Shown here: in pieces, positions 1-11,102 of the stretch
Layout: each line of letters opens with the position of its first letter
Position numbering within the stretch: the first letter of the stretch is position 1
Virus record (IMG/VR): IMGVR_UViG_3300045988_069849
Location: 162,273-226,272 of that record
DNA from: a virus
Reading direction: 5' to 3' (one strand)
DNA: 64,000 nucleotides
The notes under the pieces: generated by a model
What the model was told of the DNA's origin: nothing
Seen by the model: only the letters and a program-made list of their open reading frames with translations
Database searches by the model: none
Made by a program: the position numbers and the translations under genes

Positions 1-11
1 AATCAAGTACT

Positions 12-1313
12 TCAACACTAATTTCTTTTATATCATAGTTATAGTAATAAGTACCGTTCCCAAGTTTTTGGATTGTCTAAGGATAAACGTCCATTTGTAT
101 TCTATTCGGCTCTAACATAAGGTGTTATTTTAAAATTTATAGGAAATTTGTATCTAAGCAAAGAATAGTGTAATCTCCTATTCTTACTTTTAAAATAGTA
201 GGGTTTATTGTTATACATGAAATGTACTCGAAAATGATTGTCATAATCAACAACCTCTACAATGTGAATATATTTATTATAAAACTTAGATATGTTAACT
301 TCTTTTCCATTCCAGTTAGAGAATTTCAATCCAGTTAATTCCTCTACCTTTCTCAGCAAGTTCTTAGAGTTGCAAAATTTCATCCATCCAAAATAAGACC
401 TCATTCTTCTATTCAATTCATCTTTATCAATCTTATTCTATTTATATAGATTTATAAGCCTAAACATCCTCATTTTTATAGATTTTTTCAGTAGAACATG
501 AGTATGATAGAATTTATAGCCTACGAAATCAATACCTCTGCTTTCTACAGGGAATATTTGATAATTAGGCTTCAACTCTAGGTTAAGAACCTGTTTCAAA
601 TATAGTTTTATAGATACTAATACATTTCTCAAATAATTCTTGTCATTACCAAGAATCACAATATCGTCAGCATATCGAAAGTAGTACTTACATTTTAACT
701 CCTCTTTTACCCAGTGGTCAAAATATGTCAGATATAAATTTGCAAAGAATTGTGATAGATAATTTCCAATAGGAACTCCCTTCGCTGAATAAATTATTTC
801 TTTCAACAGTTTTAATAGTTTTTTATCCTTTATCTTTCTCTATAACATTTCGTATAAAATGTCGTGAGTTATAGAAGGATAGAATTTTTTTATATCCATT
901 TTCAAGCAATACTTTGTTTCTTCTGGATGTTTCTATAACACCTTAAACAAATCATACTCTACTTTATGAATACCTCTATTTCGTATAGAGGAATATGTTT
1001 GGTCTATAAATATACTAGTCCAAATAGGCTCCATAATATTCATTATAGCATGGTGAGTTATTCTATCTGGATAGTATGGAAGTCTAAAGATTAATCTTTC
1101 TTTAGGTTCGTATATTATAAAGGTACTATATTCAGAGGTTTGATAAATCAAATCCCTTAACTTATCGGATAATTCCTTATTTTCTTTTAATCTATTCTTA
1201 TCATGCTGCTTGATTCCACATCTAATAGACTTATTTCTTCTAGCTTTATCGTCAGCTAGTTCGATGTTATCTTCAGCGTATACTTTCTCGTGCAAATATC
1301 CTACACGTTTCAA
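12..1313 (-). CDS. DGR reverse transcriptase; one frame read through in-frame TAG codons at 102-104, 438-440, 840-842, 933-935 (and 18-20)
   Basis: ORF-track fragments 933..1313, 438..806 and 102..416 (-) share one frame (lower coordinate = 0 mod 3) and each ends on TAG. The fragments contain RT motifs: RLIFRLPYYPDRITHHAIM (motifs 1-2), GVPIGNYLSQ (DGR-type SQ motif), YADDIVILG (YxDD). N-terminus LHEKVYAEDNIELADDKARRNKS resembles the DGR RT N-terminus. Apparent start is TTG at 1311-1313; putative TGA stop at 12-14. Confidence 0.8.
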
Positions 1314-1450
1314 TTTTTTATATATTTCATCGGAAGCGTTCGAGAATTAACCTACTAACACCCTTCATTCAACACTACGTTATCTTTTGCCTAGAGGCAA
1401 GGATATTACTTAGCAAACTAAAAAAAAATAATAAAATGTTTCTAAATATA

Positions 1451-1556
1451 TAATAACTCGACATTGGAATTGGCATTGCTGACGTCATTGTTAGAATTGA
1501 AATAGCTGAGACCTGCATTGCTGCCATTATTCGCGTTGCTGCCTACTAGCAGTACT
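1451..1556 (-). repeat. DGR template repeat (TR), A-rich in sense orientation
   Basis: A ~105-nt segment between the RT and the target gene. It is homologous to 1656-1762 and to 29043-29140. All ~27-28 mismatches against each copy fall at adenines of this copy, read on the minus strand. Confidence 0.8.
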
Positions 1557-1630
1557 TTTTTGCCAATCAACGGTTTTTAGAAGTAATATCCTACGATTTA
1601 TCATCTAAATCGATTTTTATATTGTATATC

Positions 1631-3448
1631 TTAAGATACTCTATTCAGAGTCCTGAACCCGACAATGGAAGAGGCACCGCCGACGCCACCGTCAGAATTG
1701 AAACAGCCGAGACCCGCACCGCCGCCAACATTCGCGCCGCCGCCCACCCGCAGCGTGCGAAGCGCTGTGCTGCTTGCGTTGCAGTAATGGTAATCGCAAA
1801 TATAAGTAGTAGCACTTCCTCCAACAGCGGATGGAATTATTTCAGCGGTTTCACCTAAGTCAAATGCCTTAATATAACCATCAGATGCTACTTCGTATCC
1901 TGCAACGGTTTTCTCTCCAACTACGTCGGTAAATTCCGATACGTTAGTAGTTGTATAGACAGTGCTAATCTCATTAGCAGCTGCTCTCACTATAACTACT
2001 CCGTCCAGGTTAGTCCAAATGTCTCCAAACGGATTATCGAACCCTCTCCAGCGAGGTACTTTAAATGTATGAGTTGCTACTGTATTTGTGCCATCTTGAG
2101 CTGTACATTCTGGAATAACTAAATCTTTTACTCCAGTGAAGTTACCAAATTCATTGCAGTAACCACAAGGCGTAAGTGGATATGTTGCATTATATCCTGA
2201 CCAACTTGTAGCTGCGTTAGCCCAATCTGTAACTCCAGGTCCCAAACCCCCTTGATGATATCCATCCGCAGTTAACTCTGCATTATATGCAGCCTAAGAA
2301 TTAAAATTAGCATATTCAATGACATAATTCCAGTAGAATATCCATTTGTAATATTCATAGCATAGCAATTCTGAACCAGCATTTGTTGCATATGTTCTCA
2401 TAGTAGCTCTAGAAATATTAGTTCTAGGCTTTCCTAAATCACTTCTGAATATATCCTTAGTTTCTAATTCTGTAGTTAGATAATCATCGTAGTTAGCTCT
2501 ATTTCCTCCACCTCTAAATGCAGTAGTAGTATTAACTACTGATACAGCTTTTGGAGTTGCGGAGACTGTGGTATCAACTGTACTTCTGTATGCATCTATT
2601 AATAGTTCAGGAATTTCTACCCATGAATCATCAATTTTGACAGTAGAAGTTCTAACCCATCTTTTGTTTCCATCGCTGCCAGATTTTCCATAAAATTTAG
2701 GAGTATTAACTCTTACTGTTCCATCAGTTCCATCTAAGACAGATGGAGTTTCTCCGTCTTCTTTATAAGACCAGTCATCTGGAAACAGATAGTAATTTAC
2801 TACATCATTGTTTGCTACACAACCTCTATACGCTGATTGAATAGGAAGAGATTTATGCAGCAAAGGATTACCTATTCTAGTAAGTTCCGGAGATGCTACT
2901 GTAACATCCCATTCTACTCCATAGGAATATAAATCCATATTACTATTTAGCTCAGTAATCTACTTATCAAGCTTTTGTTGTGCCTTCTACAATTCTTCCC
3001 AAGCCTCATTTAGCGCTGTAAATTGCTCTTCTAGCTTAGAACTTGAATCTGCCCATTCAGCAGTACCATCTGCTGAGAAAACTAGCATCTATCCAGATGC
3101 TCCTCCAGATGGAATATGTTTATTTCCAGAAGTAGTTGGATGTACATAATTATTAGCATTATTAGCTATAGTACTTAACTTTTCCTTCTCAGTTTCAGTA
3201 TAATTGGCTTCAGAAAGTCCCTTTCCTAACTCCTTATCTACTTTGCCTTCAAGCTCACCCTTAGTAGCTAATTCACTAATATCCTAATGCTCAGTTAAAT
3301 ATCCACTATCATTCTGTAACTAAGAAGTTTTAGTTGGAATTGCATTAGCCTTGGCATATGTCGTATCTATAACATTTCCAGCACCATCGTAAGTAGCTTT
3401 TAAATCGTATGTGGTTTCCCCAACCTTTATAGATTTGATTGCTGCCAT
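1631..3448 (-). CDS. tail fibre / receptor-binding protein (~605 aa); DGR target with VR1 at its C-terminus; in-frame TAGs at 2294, 2960, 2987, 3089, 3284, 3320
   Basis: One frame (lower coordinate = 2 mod 3) runs from ATG 3446-3448 to TAA 1631-1633, linking ORF-track fragments 2294..2938 and 1631..2245. It contains the conserved tail-fibre motif HIPSGGASG[Q]MLVFSADGTAEWAD, in which the Gln is encoded by TAG. The C-terminal ~35 aa are encoded by the GC-rich VR. Confidence 0.7.
1656..1762 (-). repeat. DGR variable repeat VR1
   Basis: A GC-rich island in an AT-rich genome. It aligns to the TR with ~28 substitutions, all but at most one at TR adenines. It lies at the 3' end of the tail-fibre ORF. 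Confidence 0.8.
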
Positions 3449-3461
3449 ATCATTGTATTAT

Positions 3462-3662
3462 TAAAGTTTCATCAACTACATCGTGATCTATTCCCTCTAT
3501 GGAAGCAGTTAGGTCCTCAACAGCCTTCTACAATTCTGCTTTAGTAGCATAGTTCTTGAGAACTTCCTAGTCTACTCCAGAGCCTCCTCCTATACTTCCT
3601 CCAACAACTTTTACTGGTTTGGCAGAACTCTTAAACTGTCCTTCAATATAAATTGTTCCCAT
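3462..3662 (-). CDS. small late protein (~66 aa), two in-frame TAG
   Basis: Manual translation with TAG=Q gives MGTIYIEGQFKSSAKPVKVVGG... It lies directly upstream of the tail-fibre start. Confidence 0.35.
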
Positions 3663-3689
3663 ATTGTTTAAAATATTAATTGTTCATTT

Positions 3690-5506
3690 TCTCCATCTAC
3701 CTCTACACTAGAACCTGGCTATAAAGCGTCTATCTTTTTCTACAATTCGGCTACGGCCTAGCTAATTAGTTCTTCTACCTCAGCTTTGGTGTAGTATCTC
3801 TCTATAAGATATTCGCTCCTAACATATCCAGTATCTTGTAAATCTTTTTCTCCATAGGTGCAATAATAAGTATCTTCTTCAGTCTTACTATTCTCAACTA
3901 GGTCATCATAATCAGCTTGTGGTAAGCATACAAGTTTTGGTACTTCTTCAGTAATAGCAACTTGCTTGCCTCCAGCAAATAGCCTGTTATCTTCTGTGGT
4001 AAGTTTAACAGAACTCTCAATAACTTGCTCAGTTCCTGTTTCCTCAGAAGGTTCTCCAGTTGTTCCCTATTGTACTTCTTTTTCTCCAATTTTCTAAATA
4101 GTAATATCAGAAGTTTCTACTGATGTAGATTTCAAAAGCTCAGTGCTAAATTCTTTAGCAGCAGCAGCCTAATCATCCTGATATTTTTTCTAGGTAACAA
4201 ATATGAAATCATCATCTCCGGTTTCAGGAGAGTCTCCCCTTAAACTTTCTTTTGTTACGTAATCTTCGGCTATCTAATCTGATAAATCAGATAATGACTA
4301 TTGAGTAGCATAAGTAGACTGAGCATTTTCCTTAGTAAGAAATTTGTCATCAACCTGCTAAATAGTATAATAAGCCTTAATATCTTCTGTAGTAACGTAG
4401 TTTCCAAGTTTTTGCAAACCTTGAACTATTTCATCAATCTACTTCTTGGAGTAATAATTTGTAGCAACCCAGGACTGATATTGATTGGTAGTATGATAAT
4501 TCTAATCCAAATATTCCTTAGTAATATAAACCTTTGCATCATTTGTGACGTCATATACATAGTAATATGTATCAGGCTCTACCGTCCCTTCCTCTACTAA
4601 CTTTAGATACTCTTCTTCAGTTAATGTTACTAAGTTCGGAATATCCGATTCAGTAGCAATCTAATCTTCACCTATAAATAATCCTTCAGACCTAACGTCT
4701 ACTACTAGCTAGCTCTCTCCCTCTACTACAGGAGATTTTATCTATCCAACAGTGATGCTTTCTAAGGAACCATCTCCATCTACCTTAAGAGTTTTATCTA
4801 ACTCGTCTTGGATGGCCTACTAATCTTCCTCATATTCTTTCTTTGTAACGAAGACAAAATCATCTCCTTCCATTCCCTCTCCTCTAAGACTTTCTTTAGT
4901 AACGAAAATATTGTCTGTTTCTTCCTTAGTATAATACTTAGTCAGGGATAGAGCTAAAGAATCATTAGAGACATAATTAGTAGTTAATTCTTCCAGTGTA
5001 GCATAATCTGATAGGCTGGCAATAGTGTTATCTAAGTCTGTTCTAATCTATACTACAGTAGTATTAAGGGCCTTCTGTTTTAATTGCTCTTCTATCTTTT
5101 TTCCCCATTCCGCAGATAGGTAAAACTAGTCATCGTCTAAGCTATCCTCATATATATAATAATATGTCTCAGCATGAAGATACGTTTTACTTTCATCTAT
5201 GGGCCTAAAATCGTCTGTAGTATTCTCAGACCATTCTTTATATTCAGCCTCTGTACAGGTGATTATCTAGATAGATTCATAGGATGCTTTCCATCCTTCC
5301 TTGTATTTAATCTTAGACTTATCAATTAGCATATAAATATTTCCGTTATCTATGTTAGCAACGGTCATACCTTGATAAGCATACTTCTCTGGAATAGAAT
5401 AAAGTTCGTCTAAGTTATTAACGACTGTTCTATTATCGAGAGGCTTCGGAGTTTCTACGGTTAAAGCGACACCTAAGGTAGCATCACCTGTATATTTAAA
5501 TGCCAT
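3690..5506 (-). CDS. late structural gene(s) with internal tandem repeats (DDFVFVTKKEYEED / DDFIFVTQKKYQDD); TAG-interrupted; probably 1-2 genes, internal boundaries unresolved
   Basis: Start is MAFKYTGDATLGV (ORF-track 5267..5506). The track fragment 3898..4089 is in a different frame. Coding is continuous only if TAG is sense. A ~45-nt repeat unit occurs at ~4170 and ~4840. Confidence 0.3.
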
Positions 5507-5507
5507 T

Positions 5508-7080
5508 ATTGTGATAGAATAAAGTTAATTTGATGTGGCAATGCTGAGGAGTAAGTATCTTTCTTAGTCCATACCTTGTAAGTAAATCCATTTATCTACT
5601 CGGTAGACGTTTCCCAACCACTTAGGTCTACATTTAAATATCCAAGTCCCCCATCTACGGTAAATGAATTTAACTATGTGTTACTTCCTGGCAATTTTAT
5701 AATAGCCTTACCACTTAGTGAAAATGTGATAGTTCCAGACGATTGTCCAAAAGGAACTAGCGCCTATTTAATCACACTATCAGTATTACCAGAATACCAA
5801 GGATATGTGGCTACTACCTAAGCGGTAGCGGAAATAGAACCAGCTTCTACTCTCTTATCTGTAACTTCTCCTTTATTGTTTATCAAATATTCTCCAGCGG
5901 CATAACTCACTGTACCAGAGTGAGTATAAGTACCAATAGAATTATATGTATCAGACTCTACAGGAGAACTGTTATAAGTAATAGTTTCTTGTCTGTCAGT
6001 TTCTTCTCCAGCATCATTCTTTATAAATGTAAGTGTAGGAGTTAATAAAGCAGTTCCTACTTCTACTATTTGAGAAGTAAAACTATAATAAAGCTATGGG
6101 TATACTAAATCTCTAACTACTGTTGGAAATAGTAAAGTATCAATAATCTCATTAAAGGGCTTGCCCTTAAGTTTCTCTACTGTAGTCCCTTCAATTACTG
6201 TTGAAGTAGTATCATCTGGGAGTTCTGTCTAATAAGTAGCTATAGTTTCTAAGTTAGTTTGTATATTAGTAATACTTTCAGTATTAGCTTCTACTTTAGT
6301 ATTTGTCTCTTGTTGTGCTTCCTAAGTTTTCTATACTTCTTTCTTTGTTTCTTCTAGAGCAGGTTCAAGATTCTTAACATAGATACCTGGAAGGATAATA
6401 GAAGAGGTTTCCTCTCCAATCTCCTATTCTATTAAATGAATAGCATTATCTTCCTAAGTAGATAAAATCACCTCTAAAGAATTATCTTCCTTTAGTTCTA
6501 TAGTTTTGGAATTTTGGAGACTATTCTTAATCCAATTAAGAATGTTTTTATCAACATCTATATTCTCAATAGCATTATTCAACTCAACTATAGCTTCATT
6601 GATTTTTACTATTTCTTCAGATAGATTATTAATCCCTTTTCTATTAGTATCAATTTCTCGTTGTAAATCCTCCTTCAATACAGATATAGAAGTTCTAATA
6701 TTGCTTATATCGACTTTCAGTTCTTCTATTGCTTCTGTATTAGATTCATATTCACTAATAAAGTATAGGGCATAGTCTAGGGCATCCTTCACAGTATTAA
6801 TACCTTCTGCAACGTCACTAGTATAGGTCCATTTTTGTTCTATATACTATACTAGGTCTTTTTGCAGTTCTATGGTTCCACTAATGTTTCCCCACAATAG
6901 ACTCTACTCATCAGCAATACCTAAGTTCTTTCTTACTTTAGCTTTTTCTAGTTCTGTCCTATATTCTCCTAAATAGTTATTTCTTAAGAGGGGTATAGGC
7001 TCACATTTTATAGGCTTACCCTTTTTACCACAAGGCACTATATCTGCGTTACTTACCGAAGTGTAAATAGACTGTATCAT
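5508..7080 (-). CDS. late structural protein (~520 aa, coiled-coil region; fibre/baseplate-like), several in-frame TAG
   Basis: Start MIQSIYTSVSNADIVPCGKKGKP at 7078-7080. It contains ORF-track fragment 6454..6792 and continues through TAG codons to TAA near 5508. The exact frame was not verified along the full length. Confidence 0.4.
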
Positions 7081-7234
7081 TCTAGTTTAATAATTGCTAT
7101 TTAATAAATTCGTGATTATCTAGTCTTACAGGTAGGTTAATAAAACAAATTAGATTAAGAATATCTTGATAATCTGGTTTATATCCCTTTTTGAGTTTTC
7201 TTAGAAAATCCTCATACCTTTTAATAGCCTTTCT

Positions 7235-7379
7235 CTTAAGAGCATCCACAACCTATACGTTTATGTCCATGGTGGTGATTATCACAGAATCCTCCACAGG
7301 TACGGAACATCGCTAGTAATCTCTCAGCCTCCATGAATTGTTTAAAGCATATTAAATAATCTATAATGTTAAGAGTCAT
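7235..7379 (-). CDS. small Cys/His-rich protein (MTLNIIDYLICFKQFMEAERLLAMFRTCGGFCDNHHHGHKRIGCGCS)
   Basis: Manual translation of a short ORF. Too short for the ORF track. Confidence 0.3.
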
Positions 7380-7481
7380 CCATATGAAATCTCGAGCAAA
7401 TATATCTGCTTCCTAATCTCTAGTTAGACACTTATTTAGTAAAGCATCAAAGAGTTTCTTACAATAATTAATGTAACACTA

Positions 7482-7967
7482 CTACAAGTTTCCTGTAAAG
7501 AAAACATCTACCTTACATTTTTTTATAGTAGTTCCTTCTATGTTTCGTTCAAGAACTTCTTTAACTGTACACTCTTCTAGCTTACCTTCTACTTCTTTAT
7601 ATAATTTTTCTCCATCAGTAACATAGATAGTCTCATAGTATTCCTTGTATTCGTCCGATGAATTTTCATACCATTTCATATTAGGAATAATGATATGGTC
7701 TACTACGTAATAACCATCATCCTTGACCTTAAACATACACGAGTCTAAGTCTTCTGTATGGTCATTAAGTAGGACATCTATCAGAGTAGCATCACTTATA
7801 CTAACTTTGATGATAGTATTCAAGGTAGCACTCTCACTATACTTATAGGAGTCGTAAGAAGTTACTACCTCTACATCTTCATCAATATACTAGCCATATT
7901 CTTTTGAGAAATCTTCTATCAGTATTTCCCCATTAATTTGGGTATGTATATCAATACTAAATTCCAT
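7482..7967 (-). CDS. late protein (~161 aa), one in-frame TAG
   Basis: ORF-track fragment 7482..7823 extends upstream through a TAG to the start MEFSIDIHTQINGEIL. Confidence 0.45.
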
Positions 7968-7980
7968 ATTGTAATAATTA

Positions 7981-8709
7981 AGACTCAATAGGCCACTAGC
8001 CATATTGAGCAGGGGTAGAAAAAGGTTTCCATTTACCTGCTTGTCTTATTCGTCTAGACATGAAGACGGAAGTAAATGATAAACTAATATCTTGAGGATA
8101 ATCTGTCCAGATATAAGAATATCCATCTGGGGTCGGAGGTAGTTTATCTAGTCCAGAAGAAGGCTGACCATTCCAATAGTAGTTATAGTCATATGCCTTT
8201 AGAGAAGTAACTTCTGTAGTTTCTTTCCCTTCAGCATCTATATACAGCGGATTTCCGTCCTCATCTGTTTTCTATTTATATTCTATAACTGGTGTTATTC
8301 CCTCGGTTCTAGTATATATAGTCTATATAATAGTAGAGACATCACTCGCTACTATTTCATAGATAGTAGTTCCCTATGATTCATCAGCTCCCTAAAAAGT
8401 AAATTTAGTTCTTTTCCATATATACGGATTCTCTTCTGTTGGAAGCTCAAAAGTATCAGACCACTACTTACTTGATAATTTTATTTCAGATTCATCGGCA
8501 GTATTAGCAGGGAGATAATGTATTTTAATAATAATACTATTAACTGCTTCACTTGAACCGGATAAATCTGATACCTACTTAAATAATTTTTTTAGGTCGT
8601 CTTCTACATTTGATTTAGAACCGGAAGCATTACTTATAATTACTGTCCCATCAGAGATAGGATAAATCTACTGCTAATCTTTGTTGTATACAATTGTTCC
8701 AGTTGCCAT
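7981..8709 (-). CDS. late structural protein (~240 aa), multiple in-frame TAG
   Basis: Manual translation MATGTIVYNKD[Q]QIYPISDGT... It starts directly after the portal stop. Confidence 0.4.
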
Positions 8710-8710
8710 A

Positions 8711-10882
8711 TTAATGTATTTGTCTTATTTTGTCATTATATGGATTTCCATCATGAAGCTAAGCCAACTCTATTTCAGTTCTTTTTTCTTCAATATCCAT
8801 TTGTCTATCTTTATAAGTAGAATCAGACTGAGCTTTAAGCCAGTTAACTTTATATTCTAACTGCATCTTCTACTATTCTAATCCTAGTCTCTATTCATCT
8901 AAGCTTTCAATCTTTTGCTGAGCTTTCTATAATTCTTGCTATAACTACTGAGCCTATTGAGAAGTTTCTTCTAATTTTTCTTGTAGTTGCTGAAGCTGAT
9001 TATTTTCCTCTTTGCGAACTTGAACAGCTTTCTTAACCTTATATTTAAGGTCTGTCAGACTCTTAGATGTAAGAGCCTCAAAAATAATATCTGGGTCCAT
9101 CTGTTGACTTTTTACGAACTCTGGAATGATTGCTTTTATAGTCTATAGATCTTCCATCACTTCTGAACTAGCAGTAATATGAATATCGTAGTCAGTAACA
9201 GTAAAATACTCAGGAAGTGCGGTGAATATCTGTTGATATTTATCCCCAAGTATAATAGTTCCAGTTAATCCTTTCTTATAAGTAACTTTAGCCTAATTAA
9301 GACTATCTAGTAGTATCTCGCAGGTTATTAAATCCATCTGCTAAAAATAGTGCTTAGTTACTATATACGAGTTAGCTACTCCCTACTTAATATTAGTAAC
9401 TGCATCTCTAGTTTCTATACCGTTAAGTCGTTCCCTAAATACTCCAGTTATTGATGATGTAGTTTGTTCTACTGATTGAATAGCTAATTCAATAGCCTAT
9501 ACAGCCTATGCTTTTAAGGTATCATCAAATCCGTTATATATCTAGTTTGGAGCTTGCTGTCCATCATTCCTACCTTCTTGGCTTGAGTCTATCCACATGA
9601 TACCACCTTTTTTATAGGCTAACCATTTTTGTACTCGTTCTGGCCATTTAACTCCTAAGTTGGTAGGCAACAGAGACATATCCATAATAACTCCGGCAGT
9701 ACCACTATTAGCTATTAGATTATCTCTATAATAGTTTAATAAGTCGTATCTATCCTACAGATGTGCACATTTTAATATAAGAGAATAAGGCTACTAAGAG
9801 CGATTTAAGAAATATACTCCATTTACCGATAAAGAACAGAAGTTGGGATTATCTTTAGATCTCATAACAGTCTTGTCTAATCCTCTAAGAATATATATCT
9901 CTTCTCCTATTCTAATAGTATTGTATCTCTACATCACAAAATCATCATCTGTTTCAATCCATTCAACATCATAGACTGGGATTAACTAGAACCTATGAGC
10001 ACTATATTCATTGTCTGGATAGCCGGGAATGGTTTCATGATTCTAATCTTCATTTACTACTGTACAAGTATCTCCATATACTCTTCTATAAACAGCAGCT
10101 GAATCATCAGCTCGCCATTCATCTTTTAGTCTTCTTAAATCTTCTCTAGATATTTCTTTGCCATATTTAGCTAAAATCTAACTCTTACTCATCCACTTTC
10201 TTACTACAACTCTATATGAGTTCCTTACATATGGAGATTCTGGATTTCTATCAACAAATGTATTAAGTGGGTTTAATACCTCTATTTCAATATTAGTTCC
10301 AGAAGCCGATGATTTCACTCTAAAGAATGTATAACCAGTAATTAATAGGTCTGTTAGTAACTAACGTAACTTAGTAATTAAATCGGTTTCTCTGGATTGC
10401 ATAATATAATGTACTATATTCTAAGCTGCAATTTCATATTGAGAAATAAAGGATTGGTCAATATCCTATATAATTTTATCTAACTAAGTCTTTACAGCTT
10501 TATCAGTAATATCCTTGCCATCAATAAACTTAAGAATTGAATTACTTAAATGGTCTTTCAAAAACTTTACTATTCCCTTGGTTATTTCTAGCTATTTTTC
10601 TCTTGTTATATTACTGATAGTATCTGAATCTTTGCAAGAAATTTTCGGAAGTATAGGAGTTCCTAAATATTCTCCAACTAGAGCATCTACGTGTTTCTTT
10701 AATAAAGGCGTAAACTCTACCGAAGTGGGGCTACCTATTCCGAAGTTTTCTTCCAGATAACGGAACTATTCAGGATCTCTTTTACCATTATAATAATTAT
10801 AAGCTTTCTGTAACTCATACTTATCATATACAAGTTCCGCAATAGCCTCGTTTGTCTTGTCTATCAATTCCTTCTCTTTCAT
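8711..10882 (-). CDS. putative portal protein (~724 aa) with a Q-rich C-terminal coiled coil; about 25 in-frame TAG
   Basis: A single frame runs from ATG 10880-10882 (MKEKELIDRTNEAIAELVYDKYELQKAYNYYNGKRDPE...) to TAA 8711-8713 when TAG=Q. It sits immediately downstream of terL and its size is portal-like. No motif-level proof. Confidence 0.45.
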
Positions 10883-11102
10883 AACATAAATTATGTTGTT
10901 CTGGAGGAAGTTTAGTAGCGTTATAATACTTAACTCTTTGTAACTTCCTACTTCTTAATTCTTCCTTAATAAATGGCAGAAATTCTTCGTCTGGTAAATC
11001 TGCTATTATTACTAATGGCATTTCTGACCTATCAAAGTTAAAAGAGACTTTATACCCAACTGGGTCTAAACTCTCAATATCTAGTCCGCCTATATACTCC
11101 AT
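10824..11102 (-). CDS. possible small ORF in an alternative frame, spanning the terL/portal junction
   Basis: ORF-track 10824..11285 is an uninterrupted 153 codons. It overlaps the terL 3' end and the portal 5' end in a third frame. Only the part downstream of the terL stop could be an independent gene. Confidence 0.2.
   Translation of the reverse strand: MEYIGGLDIESLDPVGYKVSFNFDRSEMPLVIIADLPDEEFLPFIKEELRSRKLQRVKYYNATKLPPEQHNLCYEREGIDRQDKRGYCGTCI

Noticed and set aside
1314-1450. Space between the RT start and the TR, examined for an accessory variability determinant (avd) gene
   Set aside because: Only ~140 nt with no open frame. Neither this gap nor the 1556-1631 gap can hold an Avd-sized protein.
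1622-1858. Plus-strand ORF (78 aa, Ala/Arg-rich) over the GC-rich VR1
   Set aside because: It is antisense to the tail-fibre C-terminus. The open frame is a by-product of the GC-rich VR sequence. The DGR mismatch pattern identifies the minus strand as coding.
4301-4600. Plus-strand ORFs 4301..4600, 6506..6775, 10515..10760, 11104..11304, 12354..12572, 12641..12919, 15287..15478, 18923..19234
   Set aside because: Antisense to better-supported minus-strand late genes. Low-complexity Ile/Leu/Phe-rich translations typical of AT-rich antisense frames.
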